This document shows positions 1 through 8,412 of a stretch of 15,558 nt of DNA, piece by piece. The stretch is from Pedosphaera sp. (GTDB taxonomy: Bacteria; Verrucomicrobiota; Verrucomicrobiia; Limisphaerales; SIBH01): positions 1 to 15,558 of the forward strand of contig JANOQV010000256.1 of NCBI GenBank assembly GCA_031414955.1. Reading direction: 5' to 3'. The notes under the pieces are model-generated. The model made no database searches, was not told the DNA's origin, and saw only the letters and a program-made list of their open reading frames with translations. Numbering within the stretch: position 1 is the stretch's first letter; each line of letters opens with the position of its first letter. The position numbers and the translations under genes are program-made.

Positions 1-158
1 GGGGCGGATGGGGGCTTGCCGAGCACGCTTAACTTCCTTGGGGACGGTCCTGTTACCTGGTATAAAGGGGGGCGGTTTGGTTAATTGGGCAATATTGGGG
101 GCGGGCGCGCGGCTTTTAGGGCCTCGCCCCCGGCGCTGACCTCGAAGCGCGCGACTCC

Positions 159-950
159 ATGAAGCCCGCTGGTGCCAGTTGGTCACGCGGAGCCTGGTTC
201 TGGGGCTTCATCTTTATTTTACTGGCCCATGCGCTGGCGGTGTTCTGGCTGGCCGAGCGGCGCGAGCACCAGACTTCCCGGTCAAAGTCGCGGCCTATGT
301 TTCTTTTGGGCAGCGGGGCTGAGTACGAACGGCGGCTGGCCGAGTCCTCCATGTTGCGCGACCCGACGCTATTTGCTCTGCCGCACGAGCATGGGTTTTC
401 CGGTGGTGCCTGGCTGAACTTCCAGCCCAAGCCGGCGGCACCCACCAACGGCTCGACTCCGCCGGAATGGCTGGCTCTCGACCCCGCGCGGTTGGGCGGC
501 CCGCTGCAAGAATACATCGCCACCAACTCTCCGACGGAAACGCGGCTGCTGGCTTCGCTGCGCGCCACCCGTGCGCCCGAAGCCCGGTTGGCCGACGATC
601 CGCTTCTCACCAATTCCACCCTGCAAGTGGAGCTTGGCTCCATCGCTCGTCGGCTTATTTCCCGGCCGGAACTGCCCGGCGTGCCGCTGGCTGACTTGCC
701 GGGCCGCACGGTGGTGGCGGTGACGATCAATGGCGATGGCCTGGTGGAGTCCGCCGCCGTCGCCCGCGAGTCGCTCTCGAAGTGGGCCGATCAACGCGCC
801 ATTGAACTGGCCCGGCGTCTTGAATTTGAGCCCCTGCCCATCCGCAACGCCCGGGCGCGACAGGCTGCCCCGCCGTCCGTGCTGCGGGTGATTTTTTCCT
901 GGCACGCGGTTGCTCCGACCAACGCGGCCATCACCGCCCGCCCCAAATGA
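159..950 (+). CDS. TonB C-terminal-domain (energy transducer TonB-like) membrane protein
   Basis: N-terminal TM helix with a His (FIFILLAHALAVFWL), as in the TonB TM. Pro-rich middle region. C-terminal VVAVTINGDGLVESAAVARESLSKWADQRAIELARRLEFEP resembles the TonB_C pattern. Stop overlaps the next start (ATGA at 947-950). Confidence 0.65.
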   Translation: MKPAGASWSRGAWFWGFIFILLAHALAVFWLAERREHQTSRSKSRPMFLLGSGAEYERRLAESSMLRDPTLFALPHEHGFSGGAWLNFQPKPAAPTNGSTPPEWLALDPARLGGPLQEYIATNSPTETRLLASLRATRAPEARLADDPLLTNSTLQVELGSIARRLISRPELPGVPLADLPGRTVVAVTINGDGLVESAAVARESLSKWADQRAIELARRLEFEPLPIRNARARQAAPPSVLRVIFSWHAVAPTNAAITARPK

Positions 951-1171
951 CCGCCGACGCTCTGATTTTCGGCTACGTGGTGGTTTTGCTTGCGACGCTT
1001 TCCGTCGTAGCAATATATTTCGAGCATCGGCGGCGGCGGTTTGAACCCACCCCAAGCGAGGACAACATTTTTCGTTGCGAGAAGTGCGGTTTCGTTTACA
1101 CCGACGATGGCGATGTGGAGCGTTCTCGTTGTTCGCAATGCGGCACACTCAACAACGTCATCAAGTTTTGA
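947..1171 (+). CDS. Small membrane-anchored zinc-ribbon protein (74 aa)
   Basis: Hydrophobic N-terminal helix, then HRRRR, then CEKC-x14-CSQC. ATGA overlap with the upstream gene. Followed by a terminator-like hairpin. Confidence 0.75.
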   Translation: MTADALIFGYVVVLLATLSVVAIYFEHRRRRFEPTPSEDNIFRCEKCGFVYTDDGDVERSRCSQCGTLNNVIKF

Positions 1172-1173
1172 CC

Positions 1174-1198
1174 ACGGCGGCTGCAACCGCCGTTTTTT
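1174..1198 (+). terminator. Putative intrinsic terminator
   Basis: Perfect 7-bp stem ACGGCGG-ctgcaa-CCGCCGT followed by a T run, starting at 1174, just after the stop ending at 1171. Confidence 0.55.
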
Positions 1199-1252
1199 AA
1201 TCGCAATAACCGGAGGCGGATGCGCCGCCTCCCAACGAAAAGAATCACGACT

Positions 1253-2431
1253 ATGGGAATGTGGATAGGCCGCAACCGAAAAGCCCGCGTCACCTACGGC
1301 TTCGACGAAATCGCGCTCGTGCCTGGCGAGATCACCATCAACCCGGCCGAGGTGGATACCAGCTTCGTCATCCCCAAGCCCGATGGCAGCGTCATCAAGC
1401 TGGAGATTCCGATCCTGGCCAGCGCCATGGACGGCGTGACCGACGTGAAGTTCTGCATCGAGATGGGCAAGCTCGGCGGCCTCGGCGTGATCAACCTCGA
1501 AGGCGTGCAGACGCGCTACGACGATCCGGCCGAAGTCCTCGACCGCATCACCAAGGCTGACAAGGAGGAAGTCACCGAACTGATCCAGAAAGCGTATCTC
1601 GAACCCATCAAACCCAAGCTCGTCACCAGGCGCGTGCAGGAATTGAAGAAGGCCGGCGTGCTCGCCGCCGTCAGTTCCATTCCGCAGAAGGCCGAGGAGT
1701 TCGGCCGGTTGGCCCAGGAAGCCGGTGCGGATCTTTTCATCGTCCAGTCCACCGTCTCCACCGTGCGCCACATCTCCACGCAGTACAAGTCGCTTGAGCT
1801 GGCGAAATTCTGCAAGGAAATGAAAATCCCCGTGCTCATCGGCAACGCCGTGACCTATAGCGTGACCATTGAACTGATGGAATGCGGTGTGGCTGGCGTG
1901 CTCATCGGCGTCGGACCCGGCGCGGCCTGCACCAGCCGAGGTGTGCTCGGCCTCGGCGTGCCGCAGGTGACGGCGACGGTCGATTGCGCGGCGGCCCGCG
2001 ATTATTACCACAAGAAGACCGGCAAGTACGTGCCCATCATCACGGACGGTGGCATGAGCAAGGGCGGCGATGTTTGCAAGGCGCTGGCCTGCGGCTCGGA
2101 CGCCGTGATGGTCGGCAGCGCCTTCGCCCGGGCCAAGGAAGCGCCGGGCCGCGGCAACCACTGGGGCATGGCCACGCCGCACGCCAATCTCCCGCGCGGC
2201 ACGCGCATCAAGATGGGTGTCACCGGCTCCCTCAAACAGATTCTCTTCGGCCCCGCCACCGTGGATGACGGCTCGCAGAACCTCGTCGGTGCCATCACCA
2301 CCTGCATGGGCAACGTGGGCGCGGCGAACATCCGCGAGTTTCAGGAGACCGAGATCATCATCGCCCCGAGCATCAAGACCGAAGGCAAACTCTTCCAGAC
2401 CGTGCAAAGCGTCGGGATGGGGACGAGGTAG
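1253..2431 (+). CDS. guaB3: GuaB3-family IMP dehydrogenase-related protein (no CBS domains)
   Basis: N-terminal IGRNRKARVTYGFDEIALVP, ILASAMDGV, catalytic-loop-like GVGPGAACTSR, PIITDGG, VMVGS and HWGMAT motifs. Strong GC3 codon bias. Start placed at ATG 1253 (ORF track begins at 1220). Confidence 0.9.
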   Translation: MGMWIGRNRKARVTYGFDEIALVPGEITINPAEVDTSFVIPKPDGSVIKLEIPILASAMDGVTDVKFCIEMGKLGGLGVINLEGVQTRYDDPAEVLDRITKADKEEVTELIQKAYLEPIKPKLVTRRVQELKKAGVLAAVSSIPQKAEEFGRLAQEAGADLFIVQSTVSTVRHISTQYKSLELAKFCKEMKIPVLIGNAVTYSVTIELMECGVAGVLIGVGPGAACTSRGVLGLGVPQVTATVDCAAARDYYHKKTGKYVPIITDGGMSKGGDVCKALACGSDAVMVGSAFARAKEAPGRGNHWGMATPHANLPRGTRIKMGVTGSLKQILFGPATVDDGSQNLVGAITTCMGNVGAANIREFQETEIIIAPSIKTEGKLFQTVQSVGMGTR

Positions 2432-2764
2432 CCGGAGCGCGGACGTCTTCGTCTCGTCAGTTGAACTGGTACGCGCCAACCAAAGCACCCACGGTGCCCT
2501 GAAAATAAACGCTGGCGCAGCTTCTTGGCTACGAACCAAGGGAAATGTCGGTCCGAGTCGATCGCCGCCGTGGAACACCGTCCATCGTTGCGCTGCACCA
2601 GTTTCCACTCGCCCCGGCTGACCGTAGCCCGAACGCTGCGCCGCGAATGTTCACCGCGCGCTTGATGTTCTGGCTCACGCTGCTTGCCGCCGCCCGCTGA
2701 ACGGGGGCGAAGTTGAGGCAGCATGACGACCTCCATCTTACGCCCGACGAAACGCCTCGTTTGT

Positions 2765-3358
2765 TTATTTCTTGCGATGCTTGGCCAGGAAGCCCGGCGT
2801 CGTATCCGCCAGATCTGCCTTCCGTCGCGCCGCCAGCACCTCGCCGTACACCCAGATGTCGTGCGTGAACATCTCCAGGCGGTTCTTCAATCCCGCACTC
2901 GCCACGGCTCCATCCTTCACATCCTCGCGGTCAGCGAACGAGACGCCGTAGGGCAGGGACCAGGCGTAGCACTGCCGGGCCACGGTGCGAAGTTGGTCGG
3001 TCACGGTCAGCCCCTTCTCATGCGAGGCCACGATGGTCGCGAACAGTTTGCCGGCGAACTCCTGCCAGAAGTGATCGAGGAAATTCTTGATCCCGCTGCT
3101 CATGCTCCCGTGGTAGTCGGGCGTGCCGAGGAGGAAGACATCCGCCCGCTCGACGCGCGGTCGCAATGTCTTGTAGGCGTCGGAATCATAGGCTGTGTCC
3201 GTGTTGAAAAGGGCGAGCGGTTCCTGGGTGAAGTCCAGCACGTCCACCGTGGTCCCGAGGGTGTGCAGTCGCGCGGCGGCGTCGGTCACCACGATGCGGG
3301 TGGAGGAGTTGCGGTTGAGGCTGCCGATCACGGCGAGCACGTTCAAAGGTTCTGACAT
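2765..3358 (-). CDS. NAD(P)H-dependent FMN reductase (flavodoxin-like, SsuE/FMN_red family)
   Basis: VLAVIGSLNRNSST phosphate-binding loop and ADVFLLGTPDYHGSMSSGIKNFLD signature. Start placed at ATG 3358 (MSEPLNV). Confidence 0.88.
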   Translation of the reverse strand: MSEPLNVLAVIGSLNRNSSTRIVVTDAAARLHTLGTTVDVLDFTQEPLALFNTDTAYDSDAYKTLRPRVERADVFLLGTPDYHGSMSSGIKNFLDHFWQEFAGKLFATIVASHEKGLTVTDQLRTVARQCYAWSLPYGVSFADREDVKDGAVASAGLKNRLEMFTHDIWVYGEVLAARRKADLADTTPGFLAKHRKK

Positions 3359-3453
3359 GGCGCAGAACGTCTGAATTGCCCGCTGAAATGTCAAAGCCCA
3401 AGGAGGGAGGGGTGGGGCAGACGCATCTCAAGTCCTGCGGGAACCAGGGTGAA

Positions 3454-3564
3454 AAGCTCCAAGCCCCAAGCTTCAAACCCCATGCTCCAAACGGCACCAA
3501 TGGTTGCGGACGCGGCGGGCGGCCGACGCGGGCTTGGGATTTGGTGCTTGGTGCTTGGTGTTTC
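3454..3564. repeat. Imperfect inverted repeat built from tandem heptamers
   Basis: Left arm aagctcc-aagcccc-aagcttc-aaacccc-atgctcc (3454-3488). Right arm 3531-3564 reverse-complements to g-aaacacc-aagcacc-aagcacc-aaatccc-aagcc. Confidence 0.75.
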
Positions 3565-3726
3565 CGTCCTCAGTTCCCGGTCGATTGGGATGCGTCTGTT
3601 CTTGGGGACGGCGGCTGTGTCCCAACTTTGGAGGAACGTCCCAAGATCGCGACACGCCCCGGGCCGCCCGGCGTCGCCTCAGACAGAAACAGCCCCGTGG
3701 CACCGCCGTTGCTAGGCGGAGCGGAC

Positions 3727-4485
3727 ATGAAGTCTGGGCTTAACATTTTCCTGCTGGTGCTCGTCCTCGGGTTGGCCGGCGTCCGGGTGACGTCAGCGGG
3801 GCCGGCGGGGCCGAACACGCTCCGTTACCGGGTGGCCACGGAACTCGCGTCGAGCGGGTGGGACGACAATGCCAAGGGGCGGGTGCGGGTCTTGGTGCGC
3901 GAACTCGGAGCCTCCAGCCACGCCCGCCTGCGCCTCACGGTGGCCCATCTTGATCCGAGGACTTCTTACACCTTGCTTGCCGTCATCGGCGACGACACCA
4001 ACTACGTCGCGGTGACCAATTTCCTCACCGGTCCATCCGGGCGCGCTCATCTGGTTTACTCCAGGAAAAGTCATGGAGCCCATCAACTGCCGGCCTTGCT
4101 CGGCGAACTCGCCGAGGTCAGCGCGGTCGCCATCGCCAACACCAACGGTGAAATCATCCTCTCGGCGGACCTTCATGGTTCGGAGTCGATGAAGTTCATG
4201 CTGACCAGCGTGCTCGCCAACTCGGGCACCGATCCCTTTGCGCTCGGCTGCCTGGCCGTGGCCTGGCAGGGCGGGGCGGTGCAGTTTCGCCTTTTCGCCA
4301 CCGGCCAGAGCAGCGAGTTCACCTTCTGCGTCAATGGCGCCCCGGTGCAGACTTATCCTGCGGACACCGCCGGCTACATCGGGGTGGGCGTGTTCCCTGC
4401 GACAGCACCTTCTCCACTCAAGTTCCGCGCGGTGTCCCTGCGTAATGCGATTGATCAGGTCGTGTTGCAAAGCGACGTCCGTTAA
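3727..4485 (+). CDS. Secreted hypothetical protein with two internal beta-rich repeats (252 aa)
   Basis: Signal peptide-like MKSGLNIFLLVLVLGLAGVRVTSA at ATG 3727. The upstream extension to 3376 runs through the heptamer repeat and is unlikely to be coding. Internal duplication is visible in the translation. Confidence 0.7.
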   Translation: MKSGLNIFLLVLVLGLAGVRVTSAGPAGPNTLRYRVATELASSGWDDNAKGRVRVLVRELGASSHARLRLTVAHLDPRTSYTLLAVIGDDTNYVAVTNFLTGPSGRAHLVYSRKSHGAHQLPALLGELAEVSAVAIANTNGEIILSADLHGSESMKFMLTSVLANSGTDPFALGCLAVAWQGGAVQFRLFATGQSSEFTFCVNGAPVQTYPADTAGYIGVGVFPATAPSPLKFRAVSLRNAIDQVVLQSDVR

Positions 4486-4608
4486 GCTGCCTCAGGCCCG
4501 TCGCCGCAGGCGGTGCCGGTCCGAAGCCTTCGTGCCGGATCTGGTGTTGGGATCACGCCCGCAATTTTGAGGTGCAAGTTCCGGAGCGGTTTCTGAAACT
4601 TGGCTTCC

Positions 4609-6696
4609 ATGCGCCACTTCATTCTGTTCCTTGCTGGTGGAGGAATCTTGGCCGTGACCTCGAACGCCGCCATGACCGGCCGCGGCTTCGACATGAACTA
4701 CGGGCCGTTCCTTGCCTCTACCGTGCAACTGACCAATGAGGCCGTGACGAAGGGTGTGACGGTCAGACTCCAGGCCGGGACGAACTCGGGCGCGGTGCTC
4801 TTCGACACGGAGACCCTGCGCTACGCGGCGGGTTGGAGCGGCGGTTGGCTCGACCTGAGCAACACTCATCTGGCGACTTCCAAAGGCGCGCTGCCGCCGC
4901 GTCCGGCGGGGAGGATGGAGTTTGAGAATCCGCCGGGGCCGGGCTGGGCCAGGAACGGCAGCTTCCTCGACCCGCGCCCGAATGGAATCGGCCCGCTGCC
5001 GCGCGACTGGGCGAAGTATCGCGGTTTGTATCACCACGGGAGCAACGTGATCTTCAGCTACACGATCGGCGGTGTGGAAGTGCTCGACCGGCCGGAACTC
5101 ATGGAGGTGAGGGGAGAACTTGTTTTCGCGCGCACCGTGCAGGTCAGCGAGACTCGCGTGCCGCTGACCATGCGAACTCTCGGCGGCGGCACCGCACCAA
5201 ATATCGGATCGGGGACGACTATCACTCCGCTGAATGCCACGGATCTGCCGAGTGGGGCGGTCGTGAGTCACACTGAATTGCGCGAGCTGACGAGGGGCGG
5301 CCCCGCGCGGTGGCCGCAAGTGCTCACCACTTCCGGCCAGCGTGGCGCTGACTCCGGGCCGTTCGCCGTGGACACCGTGGCGATACCTGAAAATAACCCG
5401 GGACGCTCGTGGATGCGGCTGACCGCGCTCGACTTTTTCTCCGACGGCCGCGCGGCGGTCACGACCTGGAACGGCGACCTGTGGATCGTCTCCGGCCTGG
5501 ATGATGGTTTGCGGAATGTGAAGTGGAGGCGTTTCGCCACGGGACTCTTCGAGCCCCTCGGGCTGAAAATCTTTCGCGATGAAGTGTTCGTGTTGGAGCG
5601 TCACCAACTCACCCGGCTGCATGACCTGAACGGGGATGGGGAGGCGGATTTCTATGAGAACTTCAACCATGACGCCGGAGTCAGCCCGAGTTACCACGCC
5701 TTCGCCATGGACTTGCAGACGGATCGAGCGGGGAATTTCTACTACACCCGGGCCGGCCAGCGTGTGGACGAGAAGTATCCACTCAACGGCGGGATGGTGC
5801 GCGTGAGTGCCGACGGTGCCCGCGCCGAACTGATCGCCCACGGTCTGCGCGCGGCCAACGGCCTGGGCGTCGGGCCGCGCGACGAGATTGTTTGCAGCGA
5901 CAACCAGGGGAACTGGATTCCTTCCTCGCGGCTCAACCTCATTCAGTCCGGCGGTTTCTACGGCTACGTACCGCACGCCCACACGACCACGCCTCCCACG
6001 CAGTTTGAGCCGCCGCTCTGCTGGATTCCCATGAGCGTGGACAACTCGGGCGGCGGCCAGGTCTGGGTCACGGGCGCGGGTTGGCCGCGCGCGCTCACGA
6101 ATCATTTGCTGCATACTTCGTACGGCACGGCCGCGCTCTTCGACGTGCTGTGGGAAACGGTGGACGGTGTGGGGCAGGGCGGCGTGGTGAAATTCCCGTT
6201 GCAGTTCGACTCGGGCATTCACCGCGCGAGGTTCAATCCGCGCGACGGCCAGCTTTACGTGGTGGGGCTGAAAGGCTGGCAGACCAAGGGCGCGAAGGAC
6301 GGGGCGCTGCAACGCGTGCGCTCCACCGGCCACCCGCTGCGGAGGCCGGTGGCCTTGCACGTTCGGCGGGCCGGCCTCGAAATTGGTTTCAGCGATCCGC
6401 TCGCCCGCGCCGCTGCGGAAGACTTGCAGAACTACAGCGTGGAGCAGTGGAACTATCGCTGGACGGAAAAATACGGCAGCGACGATTACTCCGTGGCGCA
6501 ACCGGAAAAGAAAGGGCGTGATCAAGTCGAGATCCAGTCCGCGAAGTTGTCGTCCGATCAAAAACAGGTGTTCCTCCAGATCGACGGCCTCAAGCCAGTG
6601 ATGCAGATGCGGATCAAGTTCACTCTGCAATCCACCGATGGCGGGCCGGTGGAGTGGGAAATCTTCAACACCATCAATCGGGTGCCGGCCGAGTAG
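4609..6696 (+). CDS. Large secreted PVC-type protein: DUF6797-like N-terminal region plus sorbosone/glucose dehydrogenase-like beta-propeller
   Basis: Signal peptide MRHFILFLAGGGILAVTSNA. N-terminal MNYGPFL...FDTETLRYAAGWSGG...YRGLYHHG motifs. Propeller motifs FATGLFEPLGL, LHDLNGDGEADFYE, GLRAANGLG and DNQGNW. No CxxCH. Family name recalled, not searched. Confidence 0.65.
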   Translation: MRHFILFLAGGGILAVTSNAAMTGRGFDMNYGPFLASTVQLTNEAVTKGVTVRLQAGTNSGAVLFDTETLRYAAGWSGGWLDLSNTHLATSKGALPPRPAGRMEFENPPGPGWARNGSFLDPRPNGIGPLPRDWAKYRGLYHHGSNVIFSYTIGGVEVLDRPELMEVRGELVFARTVQVSETRVPLTMRTLGGGTAPNIGSGTTITPLNATDLPSGAVVSHTELRELTRGGPARWPQVLTTSGQRGADSGPFAVDTVAIPENNPGRSWMRLTALDFFSDGRAAVTTWNGDLWIVSGLDDGLRNVKWRRFATGLFEPLGLKIFRDEVFVLERHQLTRLHDLNGDGEADFYENFNHDAGVSPSYHAFAMDLQTDRAGNFYYTRAGQRVDEKYPLNGGMVRVSADGARAELIAHGLRAANGLGVGPRDEIVCSDNQGNWIPSSRLNLIQSGGFYGYVPHAHTTTPPTQFEPPLCWIPMSVDNSGGGQVWVTGAGWPRALTNHLLHTSYGTAALFDVLWETVDGVGQGGVVKFPLQFDSGIHRARFNPRDGQLYVVGLKGWQTKGAKDGALQRVRSTGHPLRRPVALHVRRAGLEIGFSDPLARAAAEDLQNYSVEQWNYRWTEKYGSDDYSVAQPEKKGRDQVEIQSAKLSSDQKQVFLQIDGLKPVMQMRIKFTLQSTDGGPVEWEIFNTINRVPAE

Positions 6697-6819
6697 GCCC
6701 AGGATGACGCCTGGTCCGTTCGGAGCCAGGCCGGTGAGCCGGCCCATCTGGTCTTGGGAGGATCTGGAAGCTCTGACTGAAGACTTGGAGAGGAGCGGAG
6801 TCGTGCTCGCGCCAGAGTC

Positions 6820-8412
6820 TCAACGCGTGTGTCGATCGAGGGCGGAGAGCAGTTTTTTTATCTGCTCGCGGGTGGCGGGGCCGGACCAGCTTTCGAGGAT
6901 GGTTCCGTCTTTTGCGACCACATAGACGTTGGCCACTTTCGGTCGGGGGTGGAACTGCTTTACCACGGCTCCCTCCCAATCAAGCATCACCGGGTAGCTC
7001 GATTGCTTGAGAAAAGAGCGGCGCACCATGCCACGCAAGGGCGATGGCACCGGCGACATGTCCGCCACGCCGTCGATGTCGATGCGGGCGGCAAAGTGAT
7101 CGTGGACCGGTTGAATCCACGCCGAAAGTTGATCCGCCCCTTTCTGATCCGCCACGACCACGAAGCTGAGGTTCGTCTTTGGAAAATCATAGCGGCGTGC
7201 CTGCTCGTACTGATCCTTTAACTGGAAGGAGTGGAGGCGATGGGGGGTATTGGTCGCGGCCCGGCCCGGCCCGGCTAGCACGAGAAAAATCACCGCCGCC
7301 TGCACATAGGAACGCCCGCGCCAGGTGGCCGGCCGGCCGTTCAGGCTGCGGAAAAAGGCCAGCCATTGAATGGCCAGCAAGGCCACAACTCCCACCGGAT
7401 GAAGAGCCGCGCCTGTCCAAGGTTGCCGAAATCGTTTCACCGCCAACCATCGTGGCAACCAGGCGCACAGGGCCGCCACTAAAAATAGAATGAACGCCGT
7501 GGTGGGAATGCCCGGGAGACACAGCATCACGAACGGGAGCACTTGTCCGATCGCCAGGAGCAATGTCACCGGCCCGATGCGGGCGGGACTGGCCAGTCCT
7601 TCGGTGGCGTTCTTGGCCAGGCCGGCCAGGACTTCTCGACCGTTCTGGTACATCCGGCAGGACGCGACCTCGGTCGCGTCGAAGAGGTCGGTGCGGAACC
7701 CGGCGGTGCGAAAAGCCCAGGGCAGCTTGAGGCCATCGTGCAGCGAAGTCCGGATCGCGGCATGGCCGCCGCTGGCCCGGTAAGCGCTGGCCCTGGCGAT
7801 GAACAACTGGCCGCAACCGGCCGCGTAGGCTGGGTCCTGGCTGCGGCGCATTCGTGAAACAGGCAGGAATCCCAAGAGCACGAAGTGGATCAGCGGGATC
7901 AAAAGTTTCTCCCCAAAGGAGGCCAATTCTTGGCGGGGCACGCCGCTGGCCAGAGCCGCGTTCTTCGCCCGGGCGAATGCGACCATCCGGCCCAGCGCGT
8001 CCGGAGCCAGAGACACGTCGGCATCCATAAACACGAGCCAGGGATGGCGGGCGTGGCCGGCGAGGACGGAGCAGGCGTGCTGTTTGCCGCACCATCCGAC
8101 GGGCAAGATCGGCGCGGTCTCCAGCCGGACGCGCGCATCATTGCGGGCCAGCCCGAGGACGAGAGCGGCGGTTCGATCCGTGGAGTGATCGTCGAGGACA
8201 ATCAACTCCAGTTCCACGTCACGATTCGCGAGCACGGATGACATGGCGCGGGCAATGTTTGCTTCCTCGTTGCGCGCCGGGATGAGCACGGAGACTGGCT
8301 GAAGGCTTCCGGAACTGGCGGCGCGGGGTGTTGAGTAGAGCCGCAGATTGCAGAGAAACAGGACGCAAGGGATGAGGGCAAACACCAGGGCGATGACGGC
8401 CAAGGCGATCAT
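6820..8412 (-). CDS. crtQ: GT2 carotenoid glycosyltransferase (CrtQ-like) fused to a C-terminal thioredoxin-fold-like domain
   Basis: N-terminal TM, VSVLIPARNEE, VLDDHSTDRT, GWCGKQHAC, FMDADV (DxD), C-terminal TM helices and WRGRSY, then 161 extra residues. Last gene of the carotenoid operon. ATGA overlap at 8409-8412. Confidence 0.8.
   Translation of the reverse strand: MIALAVIALVFALIPCVLFLCNLRLYSTPRAASSGSLQPVSVLIPARNEEANIARAMSSVLANRDVELELIVLDDHSTDRTAALVLGLARNDARVRLETAPILPVGWCGKQHACSVLAGHARHPWLVFMDADVSLAPDALGRMVAFARAKNAALASGVPRQELASFGEKLLIPLIHFVLLGFLPVSRMRRSQDPAYAAGCGQLFIARASAYRASGGHAAIRTSLHDGLKLPWAFRTAGFRTDLFDATEVASCRMYQNGREVLAGLAKNATEGLASPARIGPVTLLLAIGQVLPFVMLCLPGIPTTAFILFLVAALCAWLPRWLAVKRFRQPWTGAALHPVGVVALLAIQWLAFFRSLNGRPATWRGRSYVQAAVIFLVLAGPGRAATNTPHRLHSFQLKDQYEQARRYDFPKTNLSFVVVADQKGADQLSAWIQPVHDHFAARIDIDGVADMSPVPSPLRGMVRRSFLKQSSYPVMLDWEGAVVKQFHPRPKVANVYVVAKDGTILESWSGPATREQIKKLLSALDRHTR

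Noticed and set aside
791..2608. 605-aa minus-strand ORF
   Set aside because: Antisense shadow of guaB3 and its neighbours caused by GC3 bias. No recognisable motifs.
2432..2764. 333-nt gap between convergent genes, considered as an ncRNA or gene remnant
   Set aside because: No tRNA, riboswitch, clear terminator or convincing ORF recognised. An Rfam search would be needed.
2723..3355. 210-aa plus-strand ORF
   Set aside because: Antisense shadow of the FMN reductase.
3454..3564. Repeat region considered as a CRISPR array
   Set aside because: Units are 7 nt with no unique spacers, and there are no cas genes in the window.
3376..3726. N-terminal extension of the secreted hypothetical protein
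   Set aside because: Translates the heptamer repeat. The signal peptide starts at 3727.
6699..6744. Short hairpins between convergent genes (e.g. GGCCGG-tgag-CCGGCC at 6729-6744)
   Set aside because: Short GC stems without a U tract are expected by chance at this GC content.
4492..6747. 751-aa minus-strand ORF
   Set aside because: Mirror of the 4609-6696 gene, with the Arg/His/Ala-rich composition typical of a shadow frame.
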